From Chrysiogenales bacterium (GTDB taxonomy: Bacteria; Acidobacteriota; Aminicenantia; UBA2199): DNA of 64,000 bases. Below the pieces are notes generated by a model. It did no database searches, had not been told where the DNA came from, and saw nothing but the letters and a program-made list of their open reading frames with translations. The stretch covers positions 118,699-182,698 of the forward strand of contig CAVOXU010000001.1 in assembly GCA_963700535.1 (NCBI GenBank). The letters are read 5' to 3'. Position 1 is the first letter of the stretch; every line of letters starts with the position of its first letter. Below are positions 10,638 to 24,828 of this stretch, in pieces. The position numbers and the translations under genes are program-made.

Positions 10638-12198
10638 ATGGAAAACGAACTTATCAAGGCAAATAATGATTATCCGCCGGCGGAAATCTCGCCGCTCGAG
10701 GAAAAAATCGAATTCTGGCGGCAAAGAGTGAGCCTTTTCCTGGGACCACTGCTGGCCGGGGCCCTATTGCTTGTCCCCATGCCCGGGCTGAGCCCCCGGG
10801 CCCACACTTTGGCCGCCGATTATCAGCTGGGTGGTGGTCTGGTGGATAGGCGAACCGGTGCCGATCCCGGTCAGCGCCATTTTCGGGGCTGTCCTTTGCA
10901 TTCTGGCCGGAGTGGGTGATGCCAGAACGGTTCTGGCTCCTTTTGCCGAACCGACGATTTTCCTGTTCCTGGGCAGTTTCATCCTGGCCCGGGCCATGAG
11001 CGTTCACGCTCTGGACCGCAGGCTTGCCTATGGCATCATGTCAATGGCATGGATCGCGGACCGTACCTGGCGCATTTTGTTCGCTTTCGGGGCCATCGCC
11101 GCCCTGCTGTCGATGTGGATCAGCAACACCGCCACCACGGCCATGATGCTGCCCATCGGCATCGGCATGGTTTCGGCCAATGCCGCCATGCTGGAAAAGA
11201 AAACCGGCAGAAAAACAGATCCGGCCCGGTTGCGCTTCGCGACCGCCATGATGCTCATGGCCGCATATGCCTCTTCTACCGGCGGCATCGGCACCCCGGT
11301 GGGCACTCCGCCCAACCTGATCGGCATAGCCATGATCGAAAAGTTCGCCGGGGTCAAAATACCGTTTTTCCAGTGGATGCTGTTCGCCGTGCCCATGCTG
11401 CTCATCATGTACGGCCTGCTTTTTTTGCTGCTATATTTTTTGCACAAGCCGGAAATGCCGCTCATGGAAGGCAGCCGGGAATTTGTGCGCCGGGAGCTGG
11501 TCAAACTCGGCCCCTGGAGCCGCGGTCAAAAGAACTCTCTGGCCGCTTTCCTGGTAACGGTCAGCCTCTGGGTGATCCCGGGTTTTTTGGCGATATTTTG
11601 GGGCAGCTCCGCTGCCATAACCAAAACCTACGGCCGCAGGCTGCCGGAAGCGGTCGCCGCCCTGATCGGGGCATCCCTGCTTTTTATCCTGCCGCTGGAT
11701 TGGAAAAAAAGGCAGTTCACCATTTCCTGGCGGCAGGCCCTGAACATAGATTGGGGCACCTTGCTGCTTTTCGGCGGCGGCTTGAGCCTGGGCAACCTGA
11801 TGTTTGAAACCAAACTGGCGGAACATATCGGCCAGGGGCTCCTGCGCCTGTCCGGGGCCGGATCGCTGTGGGCCATCACGTTTGCGGCCATATTCATTGC
11901 CATTGTCGCCAGCGAAACGACTTCCAACACCGCCGCGGCCAACATGGTCGTTCCTGTTATCATTTCCCTGGCCCTGGCCGCCGGAGTCAACCCCGTGCCC
12001 CCGGCTCTGGGCGCCATATTGGGCTGCAGCTGGGGATTCATGCTGCCGGTATCAACGCCTCCGAACGCTATTGTTTACGGATCGGGTTTGGTGCCGATCG
12101 TCAAAATGATCCGGGCCGGGCTGCTCTTCGACCTGACCGGGGGCTTGGTCATTTGGGTCGTATTGCGCCTGCTGCTGCCCCTGATCGGACTGGCCTGA
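10638..12198 (+). pseudogene. DASS/SLC13-family anion:Na+ symporter, one frame break near 10815-10822
   Basis: N-terminal ~60 aa are in the frame of ORF 10572..10919 and the rest in ORF 10831..12198. The junction reads AHTLAA / IISWVVVWWIGEPVPIPVSAIFG. Paired SNTATTAMM and SNTAAANM hairpin motifs are present. Confidence 0.8.
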
Positions 12199-12221
12199 GC
12201 CTTGCGCTCTCCATGGCTGAT

Positions 12222-12250
12222 TTGACTTTTAGGCAATTGCTTTCTATAAT
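12222..12250 (+). promoter_or_regulatory. sigma70-like promoter candidate for the phoH-era cluster (TTGACT-17-TATAAT)
   Basis: Hexamers at 12222-12227 and 12245-12250 with a 17-nt spacer, 36 nt upstream of the phoH ATG. Confidence 0.55.
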
Positions 12251-12286
12251 CAAGGCAATGAAAACCTGCCGCTTGGGATTTTTTTA

Positions 12287-13224
<938 letters not shown>

Positions 13225-13228
<4 letters not shown>

Positions 13229-15516
13229 ATTTTGACCTCGAATTAAAAAAGAAGAAAATTGGTCCCGAAGCCCCGGAAAAAGGCCGCTCATCGCGGGGCA
13301 AGCTGCTGATCGGCGCTTTTTTCGTATTCATTATCGCCTATATCAGCTACCTGCCGCCGGCGCTCTCCATCAGAGACACAGGTTTGCAGACCGGCGATAT
13401 CGCCGGCGCGGACATCGTTGTCCGCAAAGACATGACCGTCGAAGACAAGGAAATGACCGAACTGAACCGGCGCAAAGCCCTGGACCTCCTGGCCCCGGTC
13501 TACGAATTCAACGAGCAGAAGATCACCGGCAGCCAGATGCTGCTGAACGAATGGTTCGAGTTCTTCATGGCTATCCGCAGGGAATTGCCCTTGAAAATGC
13601 AGAACCTGGAGGAATTGCGCACCCGCATCAGCGAAAATTTCGGACTCGATCTGCCCACTGCGACCATCAATACCCTCATCCGTTCCAACCCTTTTGCCCG
13701 CATCGACCTGAACCGCCTGCTTCAGGAAATAGCCCAATGGGAAAAAAAGGGAATATTGCTCTCCAAAATAGGGATTCCCCAGGATAAAAATGGCATTATC
13801 TCCCTTTATAACGAAAAAACAGGCTATGTTCAGGCAAAAGTGTCTGACTTGTACGATCTGAATGATATCAGCAGCCAATTATCGCTATTTTTAAAGAATT
13901 CATCCCTGAAAGAAAAGGAAAAAGAGATATTAAAACCGATTTTACTTGAATTTATCAGCATCAATGTCTCTTTTTCAAAAGTTCTGACCCGACTCCAGGA
14001 AGAAAAAACCCTGGCCCTGGTCAACCCGGTATTTATTCAGTTAAAAAAGGGCAAGATCATTTTGCGCCGCGGTGATGAGATCAGCAAGGATCATCTGCGC
14101 CTGATCCAATTGATCTCGGCCGAGGAAAAAACCGCATCCAGGAAAATACCCGATATTTTTCTCATTCTGCTCGTTCTGAGCATATTGTTCTTTTTCTTCT
14201 GGCGCCTGAACGTGCTCACCAGGATAGGCGGCATCAACCGCAACCGGCTGAATTTTGCCACGGGCATGACTTTTATCGCCAGCGCCGTGATCTACCGCCT
14301 GGCATTGTTCATTTATCCGCTCATTTTGAAAAACATCACCCTTAACATTCACATGGACAGCGCCGGCCTGATCTATGGCATTCCCTTCGCCGTCGGCTCG
14401 CTGATCATCGCTTTTCTCTTCGACCTGCAAAGCGCGGTCATTTTTTCCATTATCAACGCCGTCATCAGCGCTTTCATCTGCGACGGAAATTTCAAGATCG
14501 TGCTGTTCGTCCTGGTCGGCAACCTGGCGGTGGGATTCGGCATTGAATACTACCAGCGGCTGAAGCGCTCTTCCATTCTAAAGGCAGGTTTTTTCTGGCT
14601 GCTCCCTGTCAACATGCTGATCACGCTGATGCTGGCCCTGACCCAGGACAATGCCACCTGGCCCATGGTGGCTTTTTACGTGCTGCTGGGAATTTTATCA
14701 GCCTTGCTGTCGGCCCTGATCGCCAATTTCATGATCCCGCTTTGGGAAGTGATATTCAAGCTGGTCACCGACTTGAAACTGGTCGAGATAACCAATCTTA
14801 ATCTGCCGGTATTCCGTGAAATGCTGGAAAAAGCGCCGGGGACCTATCACCACTCGCAGATGGTGGCCTCGCTGGCCGAAGCCGCCGCCCAGGAGCTGGA
14901 ACTGTCGCCGCTGCTGGTGCGGGCCATGGCCCTTTACCATGATATCGGCAAAATTGACAACCCCCAGTTCTACACCGAAAACCAGTCGGTTTACGAAGAC
15001 CCGCACGGGCAGCTCACGGCGCTGGAAAGCGCCAGGACCATCATCGCCCACATCCCCCAGGGCATGGACAAAGCCGAACAGCTGAAGCTGCCAAAAAAAG
15101 TCAGCCAGGCCATTTTCCAGCATCACGGAACAAAATTGGTGAAATTCTTTTATGAAAAAGCCAGGGAGAACGGCGCCAGGGATCTGGATGATTTCGATGA
15201 GAACATGTTCCGCTATCCGGGGAAAAAACCGCAGGGCATAGAGGAGGCCGTCATCATGCTGGCCGACCAGGTCGAAGCTGCCGCCAAAAGCCTTTCGTCA
15301 CCCGATGACCATGACATCAAAAGCGTGGTGGAAAAGATCATTGCCTCGGATATCGCCGACAACCAGTTCGATGAATGTGACGGCTTGACATTCAAATCCC
15401 TGAATATCATTGCCGGCAGTTTTTACAACAAGCTGGCCTCGATCTACCATAAGCGCATCGCCTATCCCGGTTTCGATTTCAGCAAAGAGAAGGCCAATGA
15501 TCAAAATCCAGCATGA
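13225..15516 (+). CDS. pgpH: 7TM-receptor HD-domain phosphohydrolase (PgpH/YqfF family)
   Basis: 763 aa with a signal-anchor, a large extracytoplasmic domain, a 7-helix block and a C-terminal HD domain (HHSQMVA...LYHDIGK). 4-nt overlap with phoH. Confidence 0.85.
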
Positions 15517-15913
15517 AGGGTTTCCGCTGCCGGAAAAAAAATTCCAGGCGCTGCTGGTAAAAATTGCCGGGCGCCTGCAGCTCAAGGGTACCGTCACCAT
15601 CCGCATCGCCGGGGCGGCCGAGGTTCGCGCCCTGAACCGCAAGTACCGCCGCCGGGATTACGCCACCGATGTACTCAGTTTCCCGCTGGCGGAAAAACTT
15701 CCCGACGGTTTTTATGCCGGCGATATCCTGATCTGCTGGCCGGTCGCTGAAAAACAGGCCCGGCAAAACGCCCAGTCCACGGAAAAAGAATTGCTGCTGC
15801 TGATGATACATGGTTTGCTGCACCTGCAGGGACACGATCATGAAAAAGACCAGGGGGAAATGCTGGTTTTGCAGAAGCAATTGTTTGCCGAGTACAGCGG
15901 GGATATGCCATGA
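15497..15913 (+). CDS. ybeY: rRNA maturation endoribonuclease YbeY
   Basis: ATG at 15497 inside ORF 15410..15913. Zinc motif HGLLHLQGHDH. Confidence 0.88.
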   Translation: MIKIQHEGFPLPEKKFQALLVKIAGRLQLKGTVTIRIAGAAEVRALNRKYRRRDYATDVLSFPLAEKLPDGFYAGDILICWPVAEKQARQNAQSTEKELLLLMIHGLLHLQGHDHEKDQGEMLVLQKQLFAEYSGDMP

Positions 15914-17129
15914 GCCTGGCCATTCTGATCACCCTGTATATCATCACCATACTTTTGCACCTGCTGGAAAGCAGCTTTGAAAGCTTTTCGCGCATTTCCC
16001 TGGCCAAATTCCTGAATGGCATGGAGCGGCAAGCGCCTGCCGCGCTTCGCTTTTGTCGCCAAGTTCGACCTGGTCATTCATTCCCTGGCAACGGTCGTGT
16101 TCCTGCTGCAGATCGTCCTGCTGCTCTTCACGTTTCTAATGCTGGAAAAAGCCATCCCCGCCGCTCCGCTGCGCATCCTGCTCATCGGCCTGTTCTACCT
16201 GGTTTTTTTCAACCTGGTGTTTTACATCTTCGCCTACCTGAACCGTGAAAAAGTGCTGCGCCGGCTTCTTTTCCTGTTCCCGGTGGCCTGGATCATTTTT
16301 TATCCCCTTAATTTCATTTTTTCCGTCTTTTTGAAAGACAATCCGGCTGAATCCAGTGAAAACGAAAGACGAAGAACTGAGCGATGAACAGCTGGAAATG
16401 TTCCTGGAAGAGGGAGCCAAGGAAGGGGTCATCGAAAAGGAAGACCAGGAGATGATCGAAAGCGTTCTCGAGTTCGGCGATACCCTGGTCAAGGAGATCA
16501 TGACGCCGCGCGTGGACATGGTCCATGTTCACATCGATGCCAGCCTGGACGAGATCATTGCCATCATCAATGAAAACAAGAAATCACGCTTCCCGGTGAT
16601 CGCCGAAAAGATCGACAATATCGAAGGCATCATCCTGGCCAAGGACGTTCTCAATTACTGGGGCCGCAGCGACTTCCACATCAAGGAGATCCTGAGGCCG
16701 CCTTTTTTCATTCCGGAAACCATGCGCATCCTGGAGCTGCTGAAGGAAATGCAGAAGACCAAGCAGAAATTCGCCATAGTCAGCGATGAATTCGGCGGCG
16801 TCGTCGGGGTGATCAGCATGGAAGACATCATGGAGGAGATCGTCGGCGACATCAAGGACGAGTACGACGATGACAGCGAATCGATCATCCGCGACCGTGA
16901 CGGCTTCATCGTCCAGGGCGATATCGATATCTATGAATTGAACGAAGCCCTGCAGATCGATATCGACGAGAACGAAGACTATCAGACCGTGGCCGGGCTG
17001 ATCAGCTTCAAATTGGGCAAAATTCCCCAGCCCGAGGACAAGATCATTGTCGAAGGCTTCATTCTCGAAGTGAAAGAAATGGAAAAGAACCGCATCAAGA
17101 CCGTGCGCATCTACCATGAAAAAAAATAA
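15910..17129 (+). pseudogene. CNNM/CorC-HlyC family protein (DUF21 + CBS pair + CorC_HlyC), two frame breaks (~16020-16032, ~16340-16360)
   Basis: The TM region is spread over ORFs 15910..16248 and 16016..16387. The soluble part is in ORF 16356..17129 (EIMTPRVDM, CBS pair, C-terminal transporter-associated domain). Confidence 0.8.
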
Positions 17130-18000
17130 GACCCGGCATTCCGGGTACGTGGCCCTGCTGGGCCGGACCAATGTCGGCAAATCGACCTTCCTCAATGCCC
17201 TGATGCAGACCAAGGTGGCCATTGTTTCCGACAAGCCCCAGACAACGCGCAAAAAGATCCTGGGCATCAAGACCACGGAGCGCGGCCAGATCATTTTCTT
17301 TGACTGTCCCGGCATCCACAAGCCCCATTTCCGACTGAACGAACTGATGATGAAAGATGTCAACGATGCCCTGCACGATGCCGACCTGATCCTGTATTTC
17401 ATCGATATCGGCGATGCCAAGCAGGATGAGTTCATCTTTTCGCAGCTGCAGAAAGCCGCCAAGCCGGTGTTCCTGGTGATCAACAAGATCGACAAGCTGA
17501 ACAAGGCGCGCATCCTGGAGAAGATCCAGAGCTACAAGGACGGGCTGCCCTGGAAGGAGATCGTCCCCATATCGGCCCTGAAGGGCGACAACCTCGAGTT
17601 GATCGAGGAACTGATATTCCAGTATCTGCCCGAGGGGGAAAACTTCTATCCGGCCGAGGAATATACCCTGCAGTCGGAAAACTTTTTTCTCGGCGAGCTG
17701 ATCAGGGAAAAAGTGCTGAATTTTGTCGAAGACGAGCTGCCGTTCACCACCACCCTGAAAATCGAAGAGGTCAAGGACCGCGGCGAGATCGTCTACGTGC
17801 GCGCCGAGATTTTCGTGGAGACGCGCGCCCAGAAAAAGATCGTTGTCGGCAAGCAGGGGAACCTGGTCAAGCAGATCGGCAGCCAGGCCCGGCTGGCCCT
17901 GGAAGAGTATTTCGCCAAAAAGGTGTTTCTCGACCTCTTCGTCAAGATCGTGCCCGGCTGGCGCAACTCGCCGCAGATCATCAGGGAAACCCTCGGCTGA
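17116..18000 (+). CDS. era: GTPase Era
   Basis: G1 GRTNVGKST, G3 DCPG, G4 NKID and a C-terminal KH domain. Confidence 0.92.
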   Translation: MKKNKTRHSGYVALLGRTNVGKSTFLNALMQTKVAIVSDKPQTTRKKILGIKTTERGQIIFFDCPGIHKPHFRLNELMMKDVNDALHDADLILYFIDIGDAKQDEFIFSQLQKAAKPVFLVINKIDKLNKARILEKIQSYKDGLPWKEIVPISALKGDNLELIEELIFQYLPEGENFYPAEEYTLQSENFFLGELIREKVLNFVEDELPFTTTLKIEEVKDRGEIVYVRAEIFVETRAQKKIVVGKQGNLVKQIGSQARLALEEYFAKKVFLDLFVKIVPGWRNSPQIIRETLG

Positions 18001-18105
18001 AAAGCCTAAGTCTTTTTCTCAAGTCCGTTTCACAATCAAAAATCCTTTCCGGTCAATATACGGTTGCTATTTATCCTTAAGTATAATAAAATAGTATCTA
18101 AACAA

Positions 18106-19669
18106 ATGTTCAAAATAAATACGCTGCGCTCCAAGTTCCTGCTTTCTTTTATAGTGATCAGCCTGGCGTATATCGCCATTTCCTCTTTTTTCATACTGAA
18201 TATGATCAATTCCACCAACAACCGCCTGAGCAAGATCAATTTCGTGCACTGGGCCAAGGATTTCGAAGCCATGGTGGAACCGAATTTCATCAAATTCAAC
18301 CAGACAACCCTGACCTCGCAGACCGAAGAGATCCTGAAGGAAAACCGCAAAGATTTCATAATGCTCTTTGATGCGCAGAACAGGGAAATCATTTACAAAG
18401 GCCCCGACTGGATCAAGGCCAGGCTCGCTCCTTACAAAGCCGAAGCGGATGACCAGGTCCGGGAAGTGGCTTTTGATTCCCAGCCTTATTACCTGATCAG
18501 CCTGCCGGTTAAAGTCGCCGCCGCGAACACCCTTTGGGGCAGCATCCTTTTCGGCCGCTCCAACGAGGAAAACAAGGCGATCATCTCGGAACTGCGTCTT
18601 TTTATCATTATTATTTCTGCCGTGCTGCTGGCGGTTTTCATCATTCTCATCGTAATCATCAACAGAAAACTGACCCAGCCCATTCAACTGCTGAAAAACG
18701 GCCTGGAAAAGATCAGCTACGGGAGTTTTTCGCACCGCATCCATATCCGTGCCAACGATGAATTTTCCTATCTCGGCAGCCAGTTCAACGAAATGGCGGA
18801 AAAAATCGAAAGCATGATGACCGAGATCGAGGCCACGCACAAGGAACTGGAAAAACAGGTCACGTCGCGTACCAGGGAATTGAACGAATCGAACAAGAAA
18901 CTGCAGATCGCCATGCAGGAACTGCGGGATACGCAGCGTCATATCATCCAATCGGAAAAGCAAAAATCCCTGACGGCGATCGTTTCGGGATTCGCCCACG
19001 AGATCAACAACCCGCTGACCGGCATTCTGGGCTATGTCGATCTTATCAGCATCCGCGAAGACTCCAGCCCTTATGTCAAGGAAAAGCTGGGCAGCATTCA
19101 GAAACAGGCCGAGCGCATCAAGAATATCATCGATCAGCTCAACCAGCTGAATCCGGACATGGACCAGGTCAAAATGGAGATCAGCCTGTCCAATTTGCTG
19201 GAAAAGCTGATCAAGGTCATAGCCAGCCGTCCCGAAAACAGCGATTACGCCATTATCAAAAACAATTTCAACGAAGACATCACCATCCAGGGCAACCATT
19301 TCGCCCTGTGGCAGGTATTTGAAGGCATCGTGGAAAACGCCCTTGAGGCTTTCCGCGAAAACAATATCCGCAAAGGCATGATCTCCATCGAATTGAAAAA
19401 ATCCATGGACGGCGGGACAGGCGATCGTGGATGTCAGCGATAACGGCGGCGGCTTCAAAAACCTGGACAAGGCCTTTGACCCGTTCTACACGACCAAAAA
19501 CCGCACCCAGAAGAAAGGCATCGGCCTGACCCTGGCTTACAACATTATCCATGAACATCAGGGCAATATCGTCATTAAAAATAATGAGAACAACGGGGCC
19601 ACAGTGTCGGTTTACCTGAAAATTGCCGAAAAGAAATTCAAAAACCAAAATCGAGCGGAGGAAAAATAA
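18106..19669 (+). pseudogene. sensor histidine kinase (2 TM, HAMP, HisKA, HATPase_c), frame break near 19400-19420
   Basis: ATG at 18106. H-box SGFAHEINNPLTGI. The last ~80 aa (DNGGGF...KKGIGL) continue in ORF 19427..19669. Confidence 0.8.
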
Positions 19670-21602
19670 TGCTCAAATCCATGAGGAATAACGTAAAATC
19701 TCTTTCCTGGACCCTTTGGCTGGTCATATTGGCCTTCATCGGCTTTATTTTCGTGCAATGGGGTTCCGGCCGTTTTGAATCGGAAGGCCTGGACAGGGAC
19801 GTGGCCGCCGTCGGCCGCTTCAAGATCAGCGGCGACGAATTCCAGAAAAACCTGGCCAAAAGCCTGGAAATGTACAGCAAGCAGTTCAAAAACAGTTTGA
19901 CCCGCCAGATGATCAACCAGTTCGGCATAGCCGAACAGGTGCTGCAGGGAATGGTCAGCGGGCTGATCATCCAGGGTGAAGCGGAAAAACTCAACCTTGA
20001 GGTTTCCGAAAGCGAATTGCAGGATGCCATACGCGCTTATCCGGCTTTTCAGAATGAAGGCAAGTTCATCGGTTCAGATGAATACGAAAGGCTTCTGGCC
20101 TACAACCATATGACGGTGCGTGATTTCGAGAGCGGCCTGAAAAAAGACCTGCTCGGCGACAAGCTGAAGGAACTGGTGACCGCCGGCCAGGTTCTGGACC
20201 TGAACGTGCTCAAGGAGGACTACCGCAAGGAGAACGACAAGGCCGAGCTTGATTTCATCGCTTTCAAAAGTGACGCCATCAGCGAGGAACCGGCCAGCAC
20301 TGAAGCGGAGCAGCTTGATTTCTATCAGAAAAATAAAAATCTTTTTCTAGAGCCAGGAAAAAAGGGCCGGGGAGGTCCTGGCTTTGAAGTTTGCCGATTT
20401 CAAGAAGCAGATCACGCTCAAGGAAGAAGAAATGTTCGCCTATTACAAAAACAATAAAAATATGTTCAAGGTTCCCGGGAAAACCAAGATCAGCAGGATC
20501 TGGATCGCCTATGACGCGCAGACGCGCGAGCAGGTCCTGAAAAAAATGGAAGAAACCGCGGCCCTGCTGTCCCCTGACAATTTCGCTGCAAAAGCCATGG
20601 AGCTTTCCGGGGATGAAAATGCCAAGAATGGGGGTGACTGGGGCTACTGGGGCTGGCAGAATTTTTCCAGCCAGGAACAGTCCATGATCAACAACCTCAA
20701 GCATGGTGAGATCTCTTCCCCGGTGGACGCCGGCCAGGGGTTTTCAATTCTGTACGCCCAGGAAAAGATCGCCGAACAGCAGGAAAACTATGAAGCGGTC
20801 AAAACCCGCATAAAAAGCGTAATGGAAAATGATAAATTGAAAAAACTGACCGGCGAAAGGATCGCCGCCATATATGAAAAGATCAAAGCCGCCGATAACA
20901 TGAAGCAGGGCGCCGGAAACCTGGCCGATAAAGTCACGGCCACCGGCTTGCTGACCAGGGGCCAAGCCATCAAGGAAATCGACGAAATGGGCTATATTTC
21001 CCAGAAACTGTTCACATTGAGTGAAAACGAACTTTCCCAGCCCCTGGATTTTCCCGAAGGCATGGCCGTGGTGCGCCTGACCAAGATCGTCAGGCCGGAA
21101 GTTGAGAAGTATGAGATCGCCAGGGACAAAGTAAAAAAAGAGCTGCAAGCCGCGAAAAAGCTGCAGCTGCAGCTGGCCCGGGCCCGGAACGTGGCCGCAG
21201 AACTGAACAAGCTTGCCGATCCCGAGCAAATTGGAGGCCTACCTGAAAAAAGAGGACCTGAAACCCGAAACCATCACCTATCAAAGGGGAGGCAGCCTGG
21301 GCGATCTGCCGGCAACGCCGGGACTGGATGAAACCATTTTCGCCATGGAGGAAAATGTCTATTCGGCGCCGCTGTCTGTAAAATCAACTGCGGCGGTCAT
21401 TGTCAAGCTGAAGAGCAAGAAAATCGTTTCTGACGAGGACTTCGACAGGGAGCGGGACGGTTATTACCGCAAAAAACTGGCCGAGGCCAAGAACAGCAGC
21501 TTCGGCTCTTATCTGTTGAGCAAAAAAGACGCTTATGATATCCGTTTCAATGCCGAGATTTTCGAAAAGATCAAGGAATACGTGATCTCCAAATTCCGCT
21601 GA
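19669..21602 (+). pseudogene. PpiD-like periplasmic chaperone / parvulin-type PPIase, at least two frame breaks (~20345-20385, ~21215-21230)
   Basis: An N-terminal signal-anchor plus SurA_N-like region (ORF 19669..20457), a parvulin-like core (ORF 20384..21331) and a C-terminal part (ORF 21213..21602) read on as one protein. Confidence 0.75.
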
Positions 21603-21612
21603 AGGAGGAACC

Positions 21613-23626
21613 ATGAACCAGCAACAAGAAAGCCAAGGGCATGCCCGAAGGGGCCTTCGAGGTACTGCCCGCGGGCAAGGAATACGCCCCGTATATTTCC
21701 AGCGATTCGATCATCCCTGAAGTCACCTCCCGCTCGATCATCCTGGGCCTGATCATGGCCGTGGTTTTTTCGGCCGCGGCGGCCTTCCTGGGTCTGAAAA
21801 TCGGCCAGGTGTTCGAAGCCGCGATCCCCATCGCCATCATCGCCGTCGGCGTTTCGCCGCTTGTTCAAAAGGAAGAACACCATCCTGGAGAATGTCATCA
21901 TCCAGTCGATCGGCGCTGCCTCGGGACTGATCGTAGCCGGCGCCATTTTTACCCTGCCGGCATTGTTCATCCTCGGCCTGGACAAAAAGATCGGCTTTGA
22001 TCTGTTCAAGATATTCATGGTCTCCTTTCTGGGCGGCACGCTGGGAGTTTTGTTTTTGATCCCGTTCCGCAAATACTTCGTCAAGGAAATGCACGGTCAT
22101 TTCCCTTTCCCGGAAGCCACGGCCACCGCCCAGATCCTGGTCGCCGGTGAAAAAGGCGGCGCCCAGGCCAAGATCCTGGTCAAGAGCATGATCATCGGCG
22201 GCATCTTCGATTTCATGGTCCATTCGGTCGGCGCCTTCAACGAAGTCTTCACCACCCGCATTTTCGGATTCGGGCAAGGCGCTTGCTGAAAAGGCCAAGA
22301 TCGTCTTCAAAATGGACGTTCTATCGGCCGTTCTGGGACTCGGCTACATCATCGGCCTGAAATACACGTCGATCATCGCCGCCGGCAGCCTGTTGTCCTG
22401 GTTCCTGCTGGTGCCGGTGATCTATTATTTCGGGCAGTTCATCCCGGCCGAGATCGTCGGCAACGCTCCCAAGCTGATATCGGCCATGAGCGCCGAGGAA
22501 ATTTTCCGCTACTACGTCCGCTACATCGGCATCGGCGCCATCGCCATGGCCGGCATCATCGGCATCCTGAAATCATCCAAGATCATCGTCCAGGCCTTCG
22601 GCATGGGCTTCAAGCAGATGTTCGCAAAACGGCAGTCGGCGATGAAAAAACTGCCCAGGACCCAGACCGACCTGAGCATGAAGTATGTCATTTTGGGACT
22701 GGCAGCTGACGGCGCTGGTCATCTGGGTGTTTTTCAGCTTCTCGGTGCTGAGCCCGGTGCCGCATCCCCTGAGGCTCGGCCTGATCGCCATGGTCACCGT
22801 CTTCGTGATCAGCTTTCTGTTTACCTCGGTGGCGGCCCGGGCCATCGCCATCGTCGGCACCAACCCCGTTTCCGGCATGACCATGATGACCCTGATCCTG
22901 AGCAGCCTGGTGCTGGTGGCCGCCGGCCTGACCGGAGAATACGGCATGTTCGCCGCCTTGCTGATCGGCGGCGTGGTCTGCACCGCCCTGTCCATGTCGG
23001 GCGGCTTCATCACCGACCTGAAGATCGGCTACTGGCTGGGCTCGACGCCGATCAAGCAGCAGAAATACAAGTTCCTCGGCATTCTGCTTTCCTCGCTGAC
23101 CGTGGGCACTGGTCATTTTCCTGCTGAACCAGACCTACGGTTTCTCCGGGCCAACGCCCTGGCGGCGCCCCAGGCCAATGCCATGGCCGCCCTGATCCAG
23201 CCGCTGATGAATCCGGGCGCCCAGGTGCCCTGGCTGCTGTACGGCGTCGGCGTCCTGACCGCCCTGATCATGGAATTCATCGGCGTGCCGCCGCTGGCTT
23301 TCGCCCTGGGCATGTACATCCCGCTGGAACTGAACACGCCGCTGGTCATCGGCGGCCTGATCGCCCACCTGGTCACCCGCTCCAGCAAGGACAAGAAACT
23401 GGCCACCAAGCGCTATGACAAAGGCATTCTCATCGCCTCGGGCTTCATTGCCGGCGGGGCGATCATCGGCGTGGTCAGCGCCATCATGAAATATTTCGAC
23501 CTCGAGCGCTTCATCCGTCTGGGCTGGTCCGATAACGGCGAGGGCGAACCTCTGGCCCTGTTCATGTTCATCGCCCTGGCCCTTTATCTCTATTTCGATT
23601 CCCGGCGTGCCAAAAAGGAAGATTGA
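21613..23626 (+). pseudogene. OPT-family oligopeptide transporter, at least five frame breaks
   Basis: Pieces in ORFs 21641..22000, 21861..22289, 22312..23127 and 22685..23626 join colinearly (e.g. AIIAVGVS / LFKRKNTILENVIIQS). A compensating pair of shifts around 23100-23155 restores ...ALVIFLLNQTYGFSG... GAAGGAGG precedes the ATG at 21613. Confidence 0.8.
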
Positions 23627-24828
23627 TGGAAAAGGAAAAGATCGCCCAGGCCATCGAAATTCTGCGCGAACTGGATATCGATCTGTGGATGGTGATCGAC
23701 CGCGAATCGGGGTTGATATCCGACCCGGTCATGGACTATGTCGTCGGCAGCGGCGTGACCTGGCTTTCGTTTTTCCTGTTTTTCAAAAACGGCGAGAAGC
23801 ACGCCATCGTCGGCAACCTGGACATTGAAAAATTCCGCCGCACCGGCCTTTTCGATACCGTGTCCGCCTACAAGGGCAGCCCCAAGGACCGACCTGCTCC
23901 GTTGCTGAACAGCGCATCGAACCCAAAAAGATCGCCATCGATTATTCCCCGGATTGCGCCGCCGCCGACGGCCTGACCCACGGCAATTACCTGAATCTGC
24001 TGGAGCTGCTGAAGGAAAGCGAATTCGCGGCGCGCCTGGTCTCGGCCGAGAATGTGATCGCCAGGATCCGCGGCAGAAAATCGCCGGAGGAACTGCGCCG
24101 CTTGAAGCTGGCCTGCCAGAAAACCCTGGAAATTTACGGCCGGGTCGGCCAGGCGGTCAGGCCGGGAATGAGCGAAAAGGAGTTGGCCGACTGGATCACG
24201 GACGAACGCGAAAAAATGGGGCTGGCGGCCGCCTGGGAAGTGAGCAGCTGCCCGGCGGTGTTCAGCGGCCCGCAGGAGATCGGCGCCCATTCGGCTCCCA
24301 CCGGCAACGTCCTGCAAGCCCGGCCATATCTTCAATGTCGATTTCGGAGTGGTGGTGGACAAGTACTGTTCCGACCTGCAGCGGACCTGGTACATCCTGC
24401 GCCCCGGCGAGAAGCAAGCGCCCGCCGAGGTGCAGAAAGGGTTCGCCGTGCTCATCGAATCGATCCGCCTGGCTTTTTCGGCACTGAAACCTGGCGTGCG
24501 CGGACTGGATATCGACCAGATCGCGCGCGGCCACATCGTCTCCCAGGGTTATGATGAGTATCCCCATGCCCTCGGACACCAGGTGGGACGCTACGCCCAT
24601 GACGGCGGCGCCCTGCTGGCCCCGGCTTGGGAACGCTACGGCAACCTGCCGTTCATGCCCCTGGAAAAGGACCAGGTTTTCACCATCGAGCCGCGCATCT
24701 ACATCAAGGACTTCGGCGTGGCCACGGTCGAGGAAATGGTGGTCATCAGCGCCGGCGGCGCCGAATATCTTTCGCAGCCGCAGCAGGAATTGTATCTGGT
24801 GAAGACCGATCAAGATGAACCACCATGA
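23626..24828 (+). pseudogene. M24-family Xaa-Pro peptidase, at least two frame breaks (~23885-23900, ~24325)
   Basis: Three colinear pieces: 23623..~23890, ~23900..24330 in the frame of ORF 24054, and 24349..24828. The C-terminal part has HALGHQVG, FTIEP and VEEMV metal-ligand contexts. The ATG overlaps the OPT stop (TTGATGG). Confidence 0.8.

Noticed and set aside
12251-12286. A hairpin plus T7 run between the candidate promoter and the phoH ATG, as a transcription attenuator.
   Set aside because: The stem (CAAGGCA / TGCCGCTTG) needs two bulges and has only about 5-6 pairs, which is too weak to call.
18067-19470. A 467-aa ORF on the minus strand, one of many very long antisense ORFs. Others are 50436..52004 (522 aa), 9124..10356, 29571..30650, 42511..43467, 52001..53056, 53539..54399, 61329..62465, 57919..58749 and 16584..17513.
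   Set aside because: Each lies exactly antisense to a gene with unmistakable conserved motifs (histidine kinase, RND pump, metH, ddl, dnaB and others). Their translations are compositionally biased (rich in G/D/H/Q/R/L/V) with no recognisable motif and no SD. Long shadow ORFs are expected when the sense genes avoid TTA, CTA and TCA codons.
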